Of a stretch of 64,000 bases of DNA, positions 48,871-58,274 are shown piece after piece. Positions within the stretch are counted from its first letter, which is position 1, and each line of letters opens with the position of its first letter. The notes under the pieces are model-generated. The model was given only the letters and a program-made list of their open reading frames with translations. It did no database searches and had not been told where the DNA came from. Position numbers and translations under genes: made by a program. The DNA comes from Bacteroidota bacterium (GTDB taxonomy: Bacteria; Bacteroidota; Bacteroidia; UKL13-3): positions 243 to 64,242 of the forward strand of contig CANHDN010000001.1 of assembly GCA_947459415.1 (NCBI GenBank), given 5' to 3'.

Positions 48871-49401
48871 TTACAAAAATCTTGGGTCAGTATCCATCAT
48901 ATGACCACATTGTTTACAGGTTCTTAAATCTTCCGAGGAATAATATTCTTTAAATCTTGGTTGAAAATCTGTTTCAATATTGTTTTGCAAAAAATAAGTC
49001 TCATGGAGTTTGTGGTTACATTTTTCGCAAAACCACATCAAGCCATCTTGATAGTTAGATCCTTTTCTTACTCGTTCAATAACTAAACCTATAGAACCGG
49101 CTGTTCTAGCTGGAGAATGTGGTACTTTTGGTGGGCATAAAAACATGTCGCCAGGACCTAAATGAATGGGTACAGCCTTACCTTCTTCTTGAATATTCAC
49201 TGTTATATTACCTTCTAATTGGTAAAATAATTCTTCCGTTTCATTGTAATGGTAGTCTTTTCTGGCATTTGGTCCGCCAACTATCATTACAATATAATCG
49301 CTGCCTTCTGGATATAGATTTTTGTTGGCAACAGGAGGCTGTAGCAGGTGGCGATTTTCATCAATCCACTTTTGTAGGTTAAATGGTTTTCTGATACTCA
49401 T
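48871..49401 (-). CDS. nbaC: 3-hydroxyanthranilate 3,4-dioxygenase
   Basis: Cupin core IVGGPNARKDYHYNETEELFYQLEG and VPHSP match eukaryote-like HAAO. C-terminal rubredoxin-like CxxC...CxxC. Confidence 0.8.
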   Translation of the reverse strand: MSIRKPFNLQKWIDENRHLLQPPVANKNLYPEGSDYIVMIVGGPNARKDYHYNETEELFYQLEGNITVNIQEEGKAVPIHLGPGDMFLCPPKVPHSPARTAGSIGLVIERVRKGSNYQDGLMWFCEKCNHKLHETYFLQNNIETDFQPRFKEYYSSEDLRTCKQCGHMMDTDPRFL

Positions 49402-49453
49402 GTGATTTTAAGTTAATTTACCTTTTGCACAAATATATTGAAAGGTAGCTATT

Positions 49454-49993
49454 TTATTGTAAAGGTAGCACTCTAGTAGCTTTTATAAATCTTTTTCTGT
49501 AATATTCTGAATCTAATCGGTCAATTCTAACTCCATGACTGGTGCTAGAGTGAATAAACTGAACCGCTTCTCCTTTTTTAGAAATTACAATTCCGACATG
49601 ACCAATGCCACGTCTTCTGCTATTTCTGCCCCTAAAAAAAACCAAATCTCCTTTTGAGATTAGTTTTTTATTAATTTCAACTCCAATATGGCTTTGACCA
49701 GCAGAGGTATGTGGTAATTTTATGTTAAACTTACGGTATACTGTCATGGTATATCCGCTACAATCAAAGCCTTTTGTGCTTGAACCTCCTCTTTTGTATT
49801 TGTCTCCCATAAAATAATAGGCGTAGGAAATAATAGAGTCTGGATGTAACTTCGGAATGGGTTTGATCGCTGTAGAATCGGGGTTAACCAGCCACACGTG
49901 TAATTGAATAGCAGTATCTGTTTGAGCCAAAATATTGCTCAGTTTCAATAATAAACAGATTATTAGGATGATATGTGGTTTTTTAAGCTTCAA
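49454..49993 (-). CDS. NlpC/P60 (C40) family peptidoglycan endopeptidase
   Basis: Catalytic Cys context GFDCSGYTMTVY and His region GIGHVGIV. Signal peptide. Confidence 0.75.
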   Translation of the reverse strand: MKLKKPHIILIICLLLKLSNILAQTDTAIQLHVWLVNPDSTAIKPIPKLHPDSIISYAYYFMGDKYKRGGSSTKGFDCSGYTMTVYRKFNIKLPHTSAGQSHIGVEINKKLISKGDLVFFRGRNSRRRGIGHVGIVISKKGEAVQFIHSSTSHGVRIDRLDSEYYRKRFIKATRVLPLQ

Positions 49994-50014
49994 ACTTTGT
50001 AAAAATAATTCAAA

Positions 50015-50863
50015 TTGAGAGAAAAAAAAGTGTATGTTTGCAGTATCCTATCAATGAGGTATTTTGTTTTACATATTATCCTGTTTTCGCTATTCTTATC
50101 TGCCTGTTCAAATAAGTATCAAAAAGCGTTAAAAAATCCAGACAACAAAGTGAAGCTGGAGATGGCTGATGCTTATTACAAAAAGAAGGATTTTGTTAGA
50201 GCTATAACCTTATATGAACAAATAGAAGAAGCATATAGTGCAACACCTTTTGCTGAAAAAATATTGTATCATAGTGCACAATGTAATTTTGGTCTTAAAA
50301 TGTATGCCCTATCTGGTTTTCAATTCAAAACATATTTTGAGAATTTTCCATCTGGAGCAAATGCAGAAGAATCATTGTATATGAATGCCTATTGTGCTTA
50401 CTTGGAATCATTTGATGCTGAATTGGATCAAACCGATACTTACAAAGCCATAGAAACTTTTAGGATTTTTATCAATGTCTATCCTGAGAGCAAATATATT
50501 AATGAATGTAATACTTACTTAGATGAATTGCGCGCCAAATTGAGTTTTAAGGCATACAGAACGGCTAAGTTGTATTTTAACATGGGCGAATATAAAAGTG
50601 CTATTGTTACCTTGAAGAACATATCGAGGGAGTTTCCTGAAATGTCTCAAAAGGAAGAAGTAGATTTTTTAATTGTAAAATCACATTATTTATTGGCACA
50701 AAATAGTATCGCAGAAAAGCAGGTTGAGCGCTATAGGAATACTTTAATAGCTTTTGAAGAACTCAATGAACAATACACAGAGGGTAGTAAATTCATGAAA
50801 GAGGCCAAAGAAATTGCTTTAAAATCTCAAATAGCCCTAAAGAAGTTGGAGAATAAAAGTTAA
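50015..50863 (+). CDS. bamD: outer-membrane protein assembly factor BamD (TPR lipoprotein)
   Basis: Lipobox LFLSACSN followed by TPR-like repeats. Conserved Bacteroidota order bamD-hyp-rpoZ-coaBC. Probable start at 50054. Confidence 0.6.
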   Translation: MREKKVYVCSILSMRYFVLHIILFSLFLSACSNKYQKALKNPDNKVKLEMADAYYKKKDFVRAITLYEQIEEAYSATPFAEKILYHSAQCNFGLKMYALSGFQFKTYFENFPSGANAEESLYMNAYCAYLESFDAELDQTDTYKAIETFRIFINVYPESKYINECNTYLDELRAKLSFKAYRTAKLYFNMGEYKSAIVTLKNISREFPEMSQKEEVDFLIVKSHYLLAQNSIAEKQVERYRNTLIAFEELNEQYTEGSKFMKEAKEIALKSQIALKKLENKS

Positions 50864-51261
50864 TGGCACGTAGAAGGAACTTTTTATGGGTTTTGTTTGG
50901 TTTGCTGGTGCTGGCAGCTTTATTTGTATTAAGTCAGGATGAATATAAAATCCCATATTCTAAATTGAATATAGATTCTGTGGCCACAGTGCGCACTGCT
51001 TACGCTGAATCTGCTGGAAATAGCCCTGATTTGGAAAGTTATGAGCCGGGTACTTATATTGAACCATTAACAGAAACTTTTTTAGGTAAATCATTTTCTA
51101 AATGCATGCAATCTGTTTATGATTGGCCAGATGGCAAAATATTTGATGTAAATGATGGTCATGATGGTACAGAAACAATTAATTTTATGGTGAATGGGAA
51201 TCATCATGAACTTTTTTTTCATAATGGAATTTGTGTGGTAGATAACGTTAATAGTAAATAA
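50863..51261 (+). CDS. hypothetical membrane-anchored protein
   Basis: N-terminal TM helix (FLWVLFGLLVLAALFVL). No recognisable motif. Confidence 0.45.
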   Translation: MARRRNFLWVLFGLLVLAALFVLSQDEYKIPYSKLNIDSVATVRTAYAESAGNSPDLESYEPGTYIEPLTETFLGKSFSKCMQSVYDWPDGKIFDVNDGHDGTETINFMVNGNHHELFFHNGICVVDNVNSK

Positions 51262-51273
51262 ATTTTAATAGAT

Positions 51274-51618
51274 ATGGCAAATAATAATTATCAAAATGTA
51301 CCCTCAACTACGGTTGCTCGTGATTTGAGGAAGTTAGAAAAAGGCACAGACAACATTTATGAGTCTATTGCTATTATTTCTAAGCGTGCTAACCAAATTG
51401 GAGCTCAATTAAAGGAAGAGTTACATGCAAAGTTAGATGAATTTAACAACGATAGCGATACCTTAGAGGAGGTTTTTGAAAATCGTGAGCAAATTGAAAT
51501 TAGCATGCAATACGAGCGTTTACCTAAGCCAAGTTTAATTGCTACGGAGGAGTTTTTAGCAGAAAAAATTCACTTCCGTAACCCTGAAAAAGAAAAGCGT
51601 TTGGCAGAAGAGAACTAA
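51274..51618 (+). CDS. rpoZ: DNA-directed RNA polymerase subunit omega
   Basis: DNIYESIAIISKRANQI matches the omega core (N-x-Y-E-L-V...A-x-R-A-R-Q). Confidence 0.6.
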   Translation: MANNNYQNVPSTTVARDLRKLEKGTDNIYESIAIISKRANQIGAQLKEELHAKLDEFNNDSDTLEEVFENREQIEISMQYERLPKPSLIATEEFLAEKIHFRNPEKEKRLAEEN

Positions 51619-51637
51619 TTCATTAATTTGCCTTCAA

Positions 51638-52840
51638 ATGCTTGAAGGAAAAAAAATATTACTAGGAATAAGCGGGAGCATTGCAGCCTACAAAACAGCT
51701 GCACTGACCCGCTTATTTGTTAAAGCGGGTGCAGAGGTGAAGGTGATACTTACGCCTTCTGCACAGTCCTTTATAACTCCATTAACCTTATCTACGCTGA
51801 GCAAAAATCCAGTTTATACCAGTTTTACAGAAGGAGATATGGGCGAGTGGGTTAATCATGTTGAGTTGGGATTATGGGCTGATTATTTTGTGATAGCTCC
51901 ATTGTCTGCTAGTACCTTGTCTAAAATGGCTAGTGGTAATAGTGATAACCTACTATTAGCAACTTATTTATCTGCTCGTTGCCCTGTAATTGTAGCACCT
52001 GCTATGGATTTAGACATGTTTGCACATCCTGCTACACAAAATAATTTAAAAACCATTAGTTCATTTGGTAATTTGATCATTGCACCAAATTCTGGAGAAT
52101 TGGCTAGTGGTTTAATAGGGACAGGTAGAATGGCAGAGCCAGAAGAAATTGTAGATTTTGTTCTGAATCAAATACAATTAGGTAAACCATTTATTGGTAA
52201 AAAAGTGCTTATTACGGCTGGGCCAACCTATGAGGCTATTGATCCGGTGAGGTTTATTGGCAACCATAGTAGCGGAAAGATGGGTTTTGCATTAGCCAAG
52301 GTGATGGCTAATTGGGGCGCAGAAGTTTTCTTAATTTCTGGACCTACAGAATTAAAGCTTCAACACCATTTAATTAATACCATCTATGTTAAATCTGCAG
52401 AAGATATGTATCAGGAAGTAATGAATACATATCAAATGGCAGATATTCTAATTATGGCTGCTGCTGTTGCAGATTATACTCCTATAGAAGTAAGTGATCA
52501 AAAGCTTAAAAAGAACGATGATGAGTTAAAAATAGAATTGGTTCGAACCAAAGACATTTTGAAAGAATTAGGAAGCTTAAAATCAAAACATCAACTACTG
52601 GTTGGATTTGCGCTAGAAACCAATGACGAGCAAGCAAATGCAATGAAAAAGTTGAAAGAAAAAAACTTAGATTTTATCGTTTTAAATTCATTGAAAAACA
52701 AAAATGCTGGATTTGGATTTGATACCAATCAAATTCAGATAATAGATAGGGGTGGGGAGATTACCTCTTTCGATGTTAAGTTAAAACAGGATGTAGCTCT
52801 TGATATTGCCAATAAAATTAAGCAAATATTGCATGTATAA
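51638..52840 (+). CDS. coaBC: bifunctional phosphopantothenoylcysteine decarboxylase / phosphopantothenate-cysteine ligase
   Basis: Flavoprotein N-domain KILLGISGSIAAYK and CoaB C-domain (ITAGPTYEAIDPVRFIGNHSSGKMG). Confidence 0.85.
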   Translation: MLEGKKILLGISGSIAAYKTAALTRLFVKAGAEVKVILTPSAQSFITPLTLSTLSKNPVYTSFTEGDMGEWVNHVELGLWADYFVIAPLSASTLSKMASGNSDNLLLATYLSARCPVIVAPAMDLDMFAHPATQNNLKTISSFGNLIIAPNSGELASGLIGTGRMAEPEEIVDFVLNQIQLGKPFIGKKVLITAGPTYEAIDPVRFIGNHSSGKMGFALAKVMANWGAEVFLISGPTELKLQHHLINTIYVKSAEDMYQEVMNTYQMADILIMAAAVADYTPIEVSDQKLKKNDDELKIELVRTKDILKELGSLKSKHQLLVGFALETNDEQANAMKKLKEKNLDFIVLNSLKNKNAGFGFDTNQIQIIDRGGEITSFDVKLKQDVALDIANKIKQILHV

Positions 52841-53738
52841 GTTTTTAATACTGTTTGTTTGGTCACTTTTAATCTTGAGTAAAGGTTTTGCCCAAGAATT
52901 TAATTGTAGGGTAAAAATAAATGACCAACAGGTTCAAATTTCTGATAAATCTATTTTTAGGTCTTTGGAACAGCGCTTGCAAGAGTTTATAAATAATACC
53001 AAGTGGACCAATGAACCTATTGCTACGCAGGAACGTATTGATTTAAATATTGAGATTATTTTAACTGGATATGATCAAAATACTTATGAATACCGGGCAT
53101 CGGCAATTATTCAAAGTAGAAGACCCGTTTTTGGATCTAATTATAATACTACTTTATTAAGTTTTAACGATGAAAATTGGGATTTTAAATACCAAGAACA
53201 AGACAGGTTGGAGTTTCAAGATGGTCAATATTTGGGTGATTTATCTTCTTTAATGAGTTTTTATGCCTATTATGTGCTTGGTCTAGACTTTGATAGTTTT
53301 GCTTTAGAGGGCGGAACTACTTTTTATAATAAAGCTTTTCAAATTGCTAATTTGGCTCAGCAAACCAGTGCAAGAGCTGGATGGAAGCCATTTGAACGTA
53401 CCATTCGAACTCGTTATAATTTAATTGATAATATTTTAAACGAACGTTTTAGGCCGCTTAGAAATGCTTATTATATCTATCATAGAAAAGCCTTAGATCA
53501 ATTTGCGAAAGATCCTTTTCAAGGAAGAAAACAAATTATGATGGCATTGGAACAGGTAAAAAAAGTGTTTAAAATTTCTCCAAACACGGTTATGTTATTA
53601 GTCTTTTTCGATGCAAAAAGTGATGAGTTGGTGAATATTTTTAAGGGAGCAGAGGAAATTGAAAAGCCTAAAGTTATTGAGTTACTCAATGAAATAAATA
53701 TTGCTAATATTAGCAAATACGAAAAAATTAAATCATAG
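52833..53738 (+). CDS. DUF4835-family secreted protein
   Basis: Signal peptide. Conserved Bacteroidota neighbour of coaBC. Confidence 0.45.
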   Translation: MYKFLILFVWSLLILSKGFAQEFNCRVKINDQQVQISDKSIFRSLEQRLQEFINNTKWTNEPIATQERIDLNIEIILTGYDQNTYEYRASAIIQSRRPVFGSNYNTTLLSFNDENWDFKYQEQDRLEFQDGQYLGDLSSLMSFYAYYVLGLDFDSFALEGGTTFYNKAFQIANLAQQTSARAGWKPFERTIRTRYNLIDNILNERFRPLRNAYYIYHRKALDQFAKDPFQGRKQIMMALEQVKKVFKISPNTVMLLVFFDAKSDELVNIFKGAEEIEKPKVIELLNEINIANISKYEKIKS

Positions 53739-53744
53739 GTATTT

Positions 53745-54452
53745 ATGTCTAATATACATCAACACGAAGAGGAACATTTTAGTGGCAGCGAAATGGTTAG
53801 GGATGCAGTAATTGGTATGAGTGATGGGTTAACTGTTCCTTTTGCCCTGGCTGCAGGTTTAACAGGTGCTTCCCAAGGTAATGATATTATTATTACTGCA
53901 GGATTAGCCGAAATTGTAGCCGGAAGCATTGCGATGGGTTTGGGTGGATATTTAGCGGGCAAAACCGAGATAGACCATTATGCTAGTGAGCTTAGAAGAG
54001 AGTATTTAGAGGTGGAATTGCATCCAGAAAAAGAAAAGCAGGAGGTGAGAGATGTTTTTGAAGAGTATGGATTAAGTAAATCTTCCACCGAAGCCATTGT
54101 GAATGAGCTATCCCAAAACAAAGACAAATGGGTTCAATTTATGATGCGCTATGAATTGGGTTTGGAAAAGCCAGATATTAATAGAGCCAGAGAGAGCGCT
54201 CTAACTATAGGAATTTCCTATATTGTTGGAGGTATTGTTCCTCTTAGTGCTTATTTCCCGATATTCACAGATAATGCCAAAGATGGTTTGTTTTATTCAT
54301 GCATGGTAACGGCAGCCTGTTTACTAGTATTTGGGTATTTTAAAACTAAAATTATTGGCCAGCCTCCCTTTTTTGGTGCTATTAAAACCTTACTAATTGG
54401 AGCGATTGCTGCTTTTGCTGCCTATGGAATTGCTAGGTTAATTGGAGGATAA
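53745..54452 (+). CDS. VIT1/CCC1-family iron/manganese transporter
   Basis: N-terminal cytoplasmic Glu/His-rich segment, then TM region with DGLTVPFALAAGLTGA and the cytoplasmic metal-binding helical insert. Confidence 0.7.
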   Translation: MSNIHQHEEEHFSGSEMVRDAVIGMSDGLTVPFALAAGLTGASQGNDIIITAGLAEIVAGSIAMGLGGYLAGKTEIDHYASELRREYLEVELHPEKEKQEVRDVFEEYGLSKSSTEAIVNELSQNKDKWVQFMMRYELGLEKPDINRARESALTIGISYIVGGIVPLSAYFPIFTDNAKDGLFYSCMVTAACLLVFGYFKTKIIGQPPFFGAIKTLLIGAIAAFAAYGIARLIGG

Positions 54453-54479
54453 TGATACATTTGTATTCAATTTATTTGC

Positions 54480-54971
54480 ATGATTAAAAAACTACTTTTA
54501 CTACTTTTATTATTACCTTGTTACTCACCTCAAATACTGGCACAATCTACTGGCACAGTTATAGGAGAAGTAAACAATGGTGTTTATGAATTAAATCAAC
54601 ATCAAAGTTCCTTGGTAAAAGCTTTCGAATGGACTTTTAGGGATGGAACCAAGGTGGTAGATTTAAAAATTGAGCAATTAAGTAATGGATATTTCTTAGT
54701 AGCCAGTTGCGCCTATCAGGGAAGGAAAAGAATTGCTGCACTCAATTTAGAGCAAGAAGGAATTCGTTTTGTATTAACAGAGGATGCTCAATACAAAATG
54801 TGTTCTGCTGTTGCCTGCGAAACATGCCGATTCTTTTTAGAAAATAATAAAATTGTAGCCTGTAAGTGCGAAGAGACTGGCACTATTAGTAATCATTGCC
54901 ACTATAAATCTTTACCTGGTTCAGGTTTTTATGCTAATTTTTTAAGGGCAATAAAATTACAAAAAGACTAG
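54480..54971 (+). CDS. hypothetical secreted Cys-rich protein
   Basis: Signal peptide. Cys cluster CETCRFFLENNKIVACKCEETGTISNHCH. Confidence 0.4.
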   Translation: MIKKLLLLLLLLPCYSPQILAQSTGTVIGEVNNGVYELNQHQSSLVKAFEWTFRDGTKVVDLKIEQLSNGYFLVASCAYQGRKRIAALNLEQEGIRFVLTEDAQYKMCSAVACETCRFFLENNKIVACKCEETGTISNHCHYKSLPGSGFYANFLRAIKLQKD

Positions 54972-55723
54972 CGTTCACCCAATAGCGACATAGGCCTGAA
55001 TGTACTTCCTTGTTTAAGTTTAAACTTATTGATGGCGTGTTTTTGAATATGCTCCATTGCCTCATCAATTGAATCAGTTATGAGCAGGTATTCTTTTAAT
55101 TCTCCTTCTGAAACCGTTTTATAGGTTACCATATTGTGAATGAGTTCAATTAGCTTTTTCCAATAATCTTTGCCAAATAATACTACAGGGAATTCTTGAA
55201 TTTTACCTGTTTGAATGAGGGTTAATGCTTCAAACATTTCATCCATAGTTCCCCATCCACCTGGCATAATTACAAATCCATAGGAGTATTTAACTAACAA
55301 AGTTTTCCTTACAAAGAAATAGTGAAAATCAACCCATTTATGCAAATAAGGATTTTCTTTTTGTTCATGTGGTAGTTCAATATTGCAGCCTATGCTTAAA
55401 CCATTATTCTCAAAAGCTCCTCTATTTGCTGCCTCCATAATACCAGGTCCACCTCCCGTCATCACTGCAAAACCTAAATCGCTTAAACGTGCACCAATCT
55501 CTCTGGCCTGTTTGTAATAAATATGATCTTCTTTAAATCTTGCACTTCCAAAAACAGTAATGCAGGGGCCTAAAAAGTGCAGTTTTCTAAATCCTCTTAT
55601 AAATTCAAATAACACTTTAAAAGTGAAGAGAAATTCTTTTTGGCGGGAGCGCGGACCTTCTAAAAATCTCCTTTCGCTTTGGCTGTATTTCTTTCTAAAA
55701 GTTTTTAATTCTTCGCTGGTCAT
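54968..55723 (-). CDS. LOG-family (TIGR00730) nucleotide 5'-monophosphate nucleosidase-like protein
   Basis: PGGWGTMDEMFE and GGGPGIMEA motifs of the LOG / 'lysine decarboxylase-like' Rossmann family. Confidence 0.7.
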   Translation of the reverse strand: MTSEELKTFRKKYSQSERRFLEGPRSRQKEFLFTFKVLFEFIRGFRKLHFLGPCITVFGSARFKEDHIYYKQAREIGARLSDLGFAVMTGGGPGIMEAANRGAFENNGLSIGCNIELPHEQKENPYLHKWVDFHYFFVRKTLLVKYSYGFVIMPGGWGTMDEMFEALTLIQTGKIQEFPVVLFGKDYWKKLIELIHNMVTYKTVSEGELKEYLLITDSIDEAMEHIQKHAINKFKLKQGSTFRPMSLLGER

Positions 55724-55735
55724 CGTTTTAATTCT

Positions 55736-57178
55736 TTATAATAATTGATTTGCAAGGTTGGCTAGGGCAGAACGTTCACCCTTTTCTAAAGTAATATGTG
55801 CGTATAAAGGATTATCTTTTAATCTATCAATTAAATAGGATAAGCCATTAGATTGTGAATCTAAATAGGGGGTATCTATCTGGAAAACGTCTCCTGTAAA
55901 AACTATTTTACTGCCTTCGCCTGCTCTTGTTATGATTGTTTTTACCTCGAGCGGTGTAAGATTCTGAGCTTCGTCTACAATAAACATAATATTAGATAAA
56001 CTTCTACCTCTAATATACGCTAAAGGTGAAACGATTAACTTTTCTTGGTTAACCATGTCAGTTATTTTTTGAAATTCTTTGTCTGTTTCTTTCCATTGGT
56101 TTTGAATAAGTTTAAGATTATCCCACAATGGTTCCATATAAGGGTTTATTTTAGATTTGGCATCACCCGGTAAAAATCCAATATCTCTATTTCCGAGAGG
56201 AACAATAGGTCTTGCTAAATAAATTTGTCGGTAATTTCCTTTTTGCTCTAGGGCAGCTGCCAGGGCTAACAAGGTTTTTCCCGTTCCTGCCACTCCTTGT
56301 ATACTTACTAATTTTATATCTGGATTTAAAACCGCATGCAAGGCAAATGCTTGCTCCGCATTTCTTGGCTTAATACCATATGCACTTTGTTTATTTACTT
56401 TTTCTAAACAGTCAGTTTCTGCGTTATAAAAAGTAAGTACAGAATTTTGGGAGTTTTTTAAAATATAGTAATGATTGGCAATTAACCTCTGTTTGCTAAC
56501 TAAATCGGCAGATGCAAATCCTCTGGCATAAATTTCCTCAATAACCGAGTGTTTTACTTTACTAATAGTGGCTGAACCAGTATGAAGAGCATCTAAATTT
56601 TTTATTTTACCTGTTTCATAATCTTCAGCTAATAGTCCGAGTGATTTAGCTTTTAACCTGAGATTTACATCTTTTGTTACCAAAATTACAGGTTTGTTTT
56701 TATGCTGTTCTTGCATGGACAGCGCTGCGTTTAGAATGCGATGATCTGCTTTTTTATCCTGAAAGATAAGCTGGGCATCTAGTTTTGCCTTTTCATGCAT
56801 AATCACCTTAAATTGCCCTTTATTACTTCCATTAATTGGAATCCAATTGGTTAAGGTGTACTCTCCTGAGAGTTTATCAATAAACCTAATAAAAGCACGT
56901 GCTTCAAAATTTAAAGAATCATTTCCTTTTTTGAAATTATCTAATTCTTCTAACACAGTAATTGGAATAGCAACATCGTGCTCAGCAAAGTTTTTAATAG
57001 ACATGCTATCATATAAAATAACAGATGTATCTAGTACAAATATTTTTTTTATTTTACTGATAGATTTTTTTGCTATTACTATTTTTGAACCTGTTTTCTT
57101 GATTATTTTTTTAGGGGCAACTTGTTTTTTTGTTGTCATGTAAAAATGGTTTATAAATCTTCTTTTTCGAAGATTCAT
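55736..57178 (-). CDS. PhoH-family ATPase with N-terminal PIN domain (YlaK-like)
   Basis: PIN region (KIFVLDTSVILYD), Walker A GVAGTGKT and Walker B IVDEAQN. An alternative start at the Met near 57139 would place the start outside the upstream hairpin. Confidence 0.75.
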   Translation of the reverse strand: MNLRKRRFINHFYMTTKKQVAPKKIIKKTGSKIVIAKKSISKIKKIFVLDTSVILYDSMSIKNFAEHDVAIPITVLEELDNFKKGNDSLNFEARAFIRFIDKLSGEYTLTNWIPINGSNKGQFKVIMHEKAKLDAQLIFQDKKADHRILNAALSMQEQHKNKPVILVTKDVNLRLKAKSLGLLAEDYETGKIKNLDALHTGSATISKVKHSVIEEIYARGFASADLVSKQRLIANHYYILKNSQNSVLTFYNAETDCLEKVNKQSAYGIKPRNAEQAFALHAVLNPDIKLVSIQGVAGTGKTLLALAAALEQKGNYRQIYLARPIVPLGNRDIGFLPGDAKSKINPYMEPLWDNLKLIQNQWKETDKEFQKITDMVNQEKLIVSPLAYIRGRSLSNIMFIVDEAQNLTPLEVKTIITRAGEGSKIVFTGDVFQIDTPYLDSQSNGLSYLIDRLKDNPLYAHITLEKGERSALANLANQLL

Positions 57179-57187
57179 AAACCATTT
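57144..57187 (-). terminator. 19-bp near-perfect inverted repeat (trxB terminator-like hairpin overlapping the phoH-like start)
   Basis: aaatggtttataaatcttc (57144-57162) and gaagattcataaaccattt (57169-57187) with one mismatch and a 6-nt loop. On the minus strand it is followed by a short 5-nt U-tract. It contains the annotated ATG of the PhoH-like ORF at 57176-57178. Confidence 0.45.
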
Positions 57188-57229
57188 AATAAACTAAAAT
57201 TTATTTATTAACAATGTAATAAATAGCTA

Positions 57230-58186
57230 TTAGTTGGAAGATTCGTCTCCTTTTGCTGCTATATATCTTTCCGCATCTAGAGCTGCCATGCAACCACTTC
57301 CTGCTGCAGTAACTGCCTGACGGTAAACTTTATCTTGTGCATCTCCACACGCAAATACTCCTTCAATATTGGTTTTACTTGTTCCAGGTATTGTAATTAA
57401 ATACCCTGTTTCATCCATTGTTAAATAATCTTTAAATATGCTAGTATTTGGTTGGTGACCAATTGCAACAAAGAAGCCGCTAATTTCTAATTGGCGCATT
57501 TCTCCAGTTACTCTATTTTTTATTCTAGCACCCTCTACTTTATTTTCCCCCAATATTTCATCAGTTTCTGAGTTAAATAATACCTCAATATTAGGTGTTG
57601 CTAAAACGCGATTTTGCATGGCTTTAGAAGCTCTAAATTCATCTCTTCTCACTATCATGTATACCTTATTGCAAATTTTGGCTAAATAGCTTGCCTCTTC
57701 GCACGCAGTATCTCCTGCACCAACTATAGCAACATCTTTACCTCTAAAAAAGAAACCATCACAAACTGCACAGGCGCTTACACCTCTTCCATTCAACTTT
57801 TCCTCAGAAGGAATTCCTAACCACTTGGCACTTGCACCGGTTGCAATGATTACAGTTTCAGCATGTATTTCATGTGTTTCATCTGCGATTAATTTATAAG
57901 GAGGTTTTCCCGAAAAATCTACGCTGGTTATCATTCCATATCTGATGTCTGTTCCAAATCTTTCAGCTTGTTTTCTGAATAATTCCATCATCTCAGGTCC
58001 CATAATTCCCTCTGGATAGCCCGGGTAATTTTCTACATCTGTTGTTATGGTTAATTGACCACCTGGCTGCATTCCTGCATACATAACAGGTTTCATGTCG
58101 GCTCTTGCTGCATAAATTGCTGCTGTATAACCAGCAGGGCCCGATCCTACAATCAGACATTCAATGTGTTCGATATTGTTACTCAT
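57230..58186 (-). CDS. trxB: thioredoxin-disulfide reductase
   Basis: FAD motif LIVGSGPAGYTAAIYAAR, redox-active CAVCDG and NADPH motif. Confidence 0.9.
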   Translation of the reverse strand: MSNNIEHIECLIVGSGPAGYTAAIYAARADMKPVMYAGMQPGGQLTITTDVENYPGYPEGIMGPEMMELFRKQAERFGTDIRYGMITSVDFSGKPPYKLIADETHEIHAETVIIATGASAKWLGIPSEEKLNGRGVSACAVCDGFFFRGKDVAIVGAGDTACEEASYLAKICNKVYMIVRRDEFRASKAMQNRVLATPNIEVLFNSETDEILGENKVEGARIKNRVTGEMRQLEISGFFVAIGHQPNTSIFKDYLTMDETGYLITIPGTSKTNIEGVFACGDAQDKVYRQAVTAAGSGCMAALDAERYIAAKGDESSN

Positions 58187-58274
58187 ATATGTTTATATTA
58201 ATTGCAAATTACGTATCTATTTTATTTTTTTATGCTACCATTGTTACAAAAAATAGCCTATCTACTGTATTTAT

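Noticed and set aside
57208-57215. Isolated TTAACAAT copy upstream of trxB, and one upstream of ppk1 (48825-48832, reverse complement)
   Set aside because: Single copies of an AT-rich octamer are expected by chance several times in 64 kb. Only the phased cluster at 31.3 kb and the tandem at 34.99 kb are treated as meaningful.
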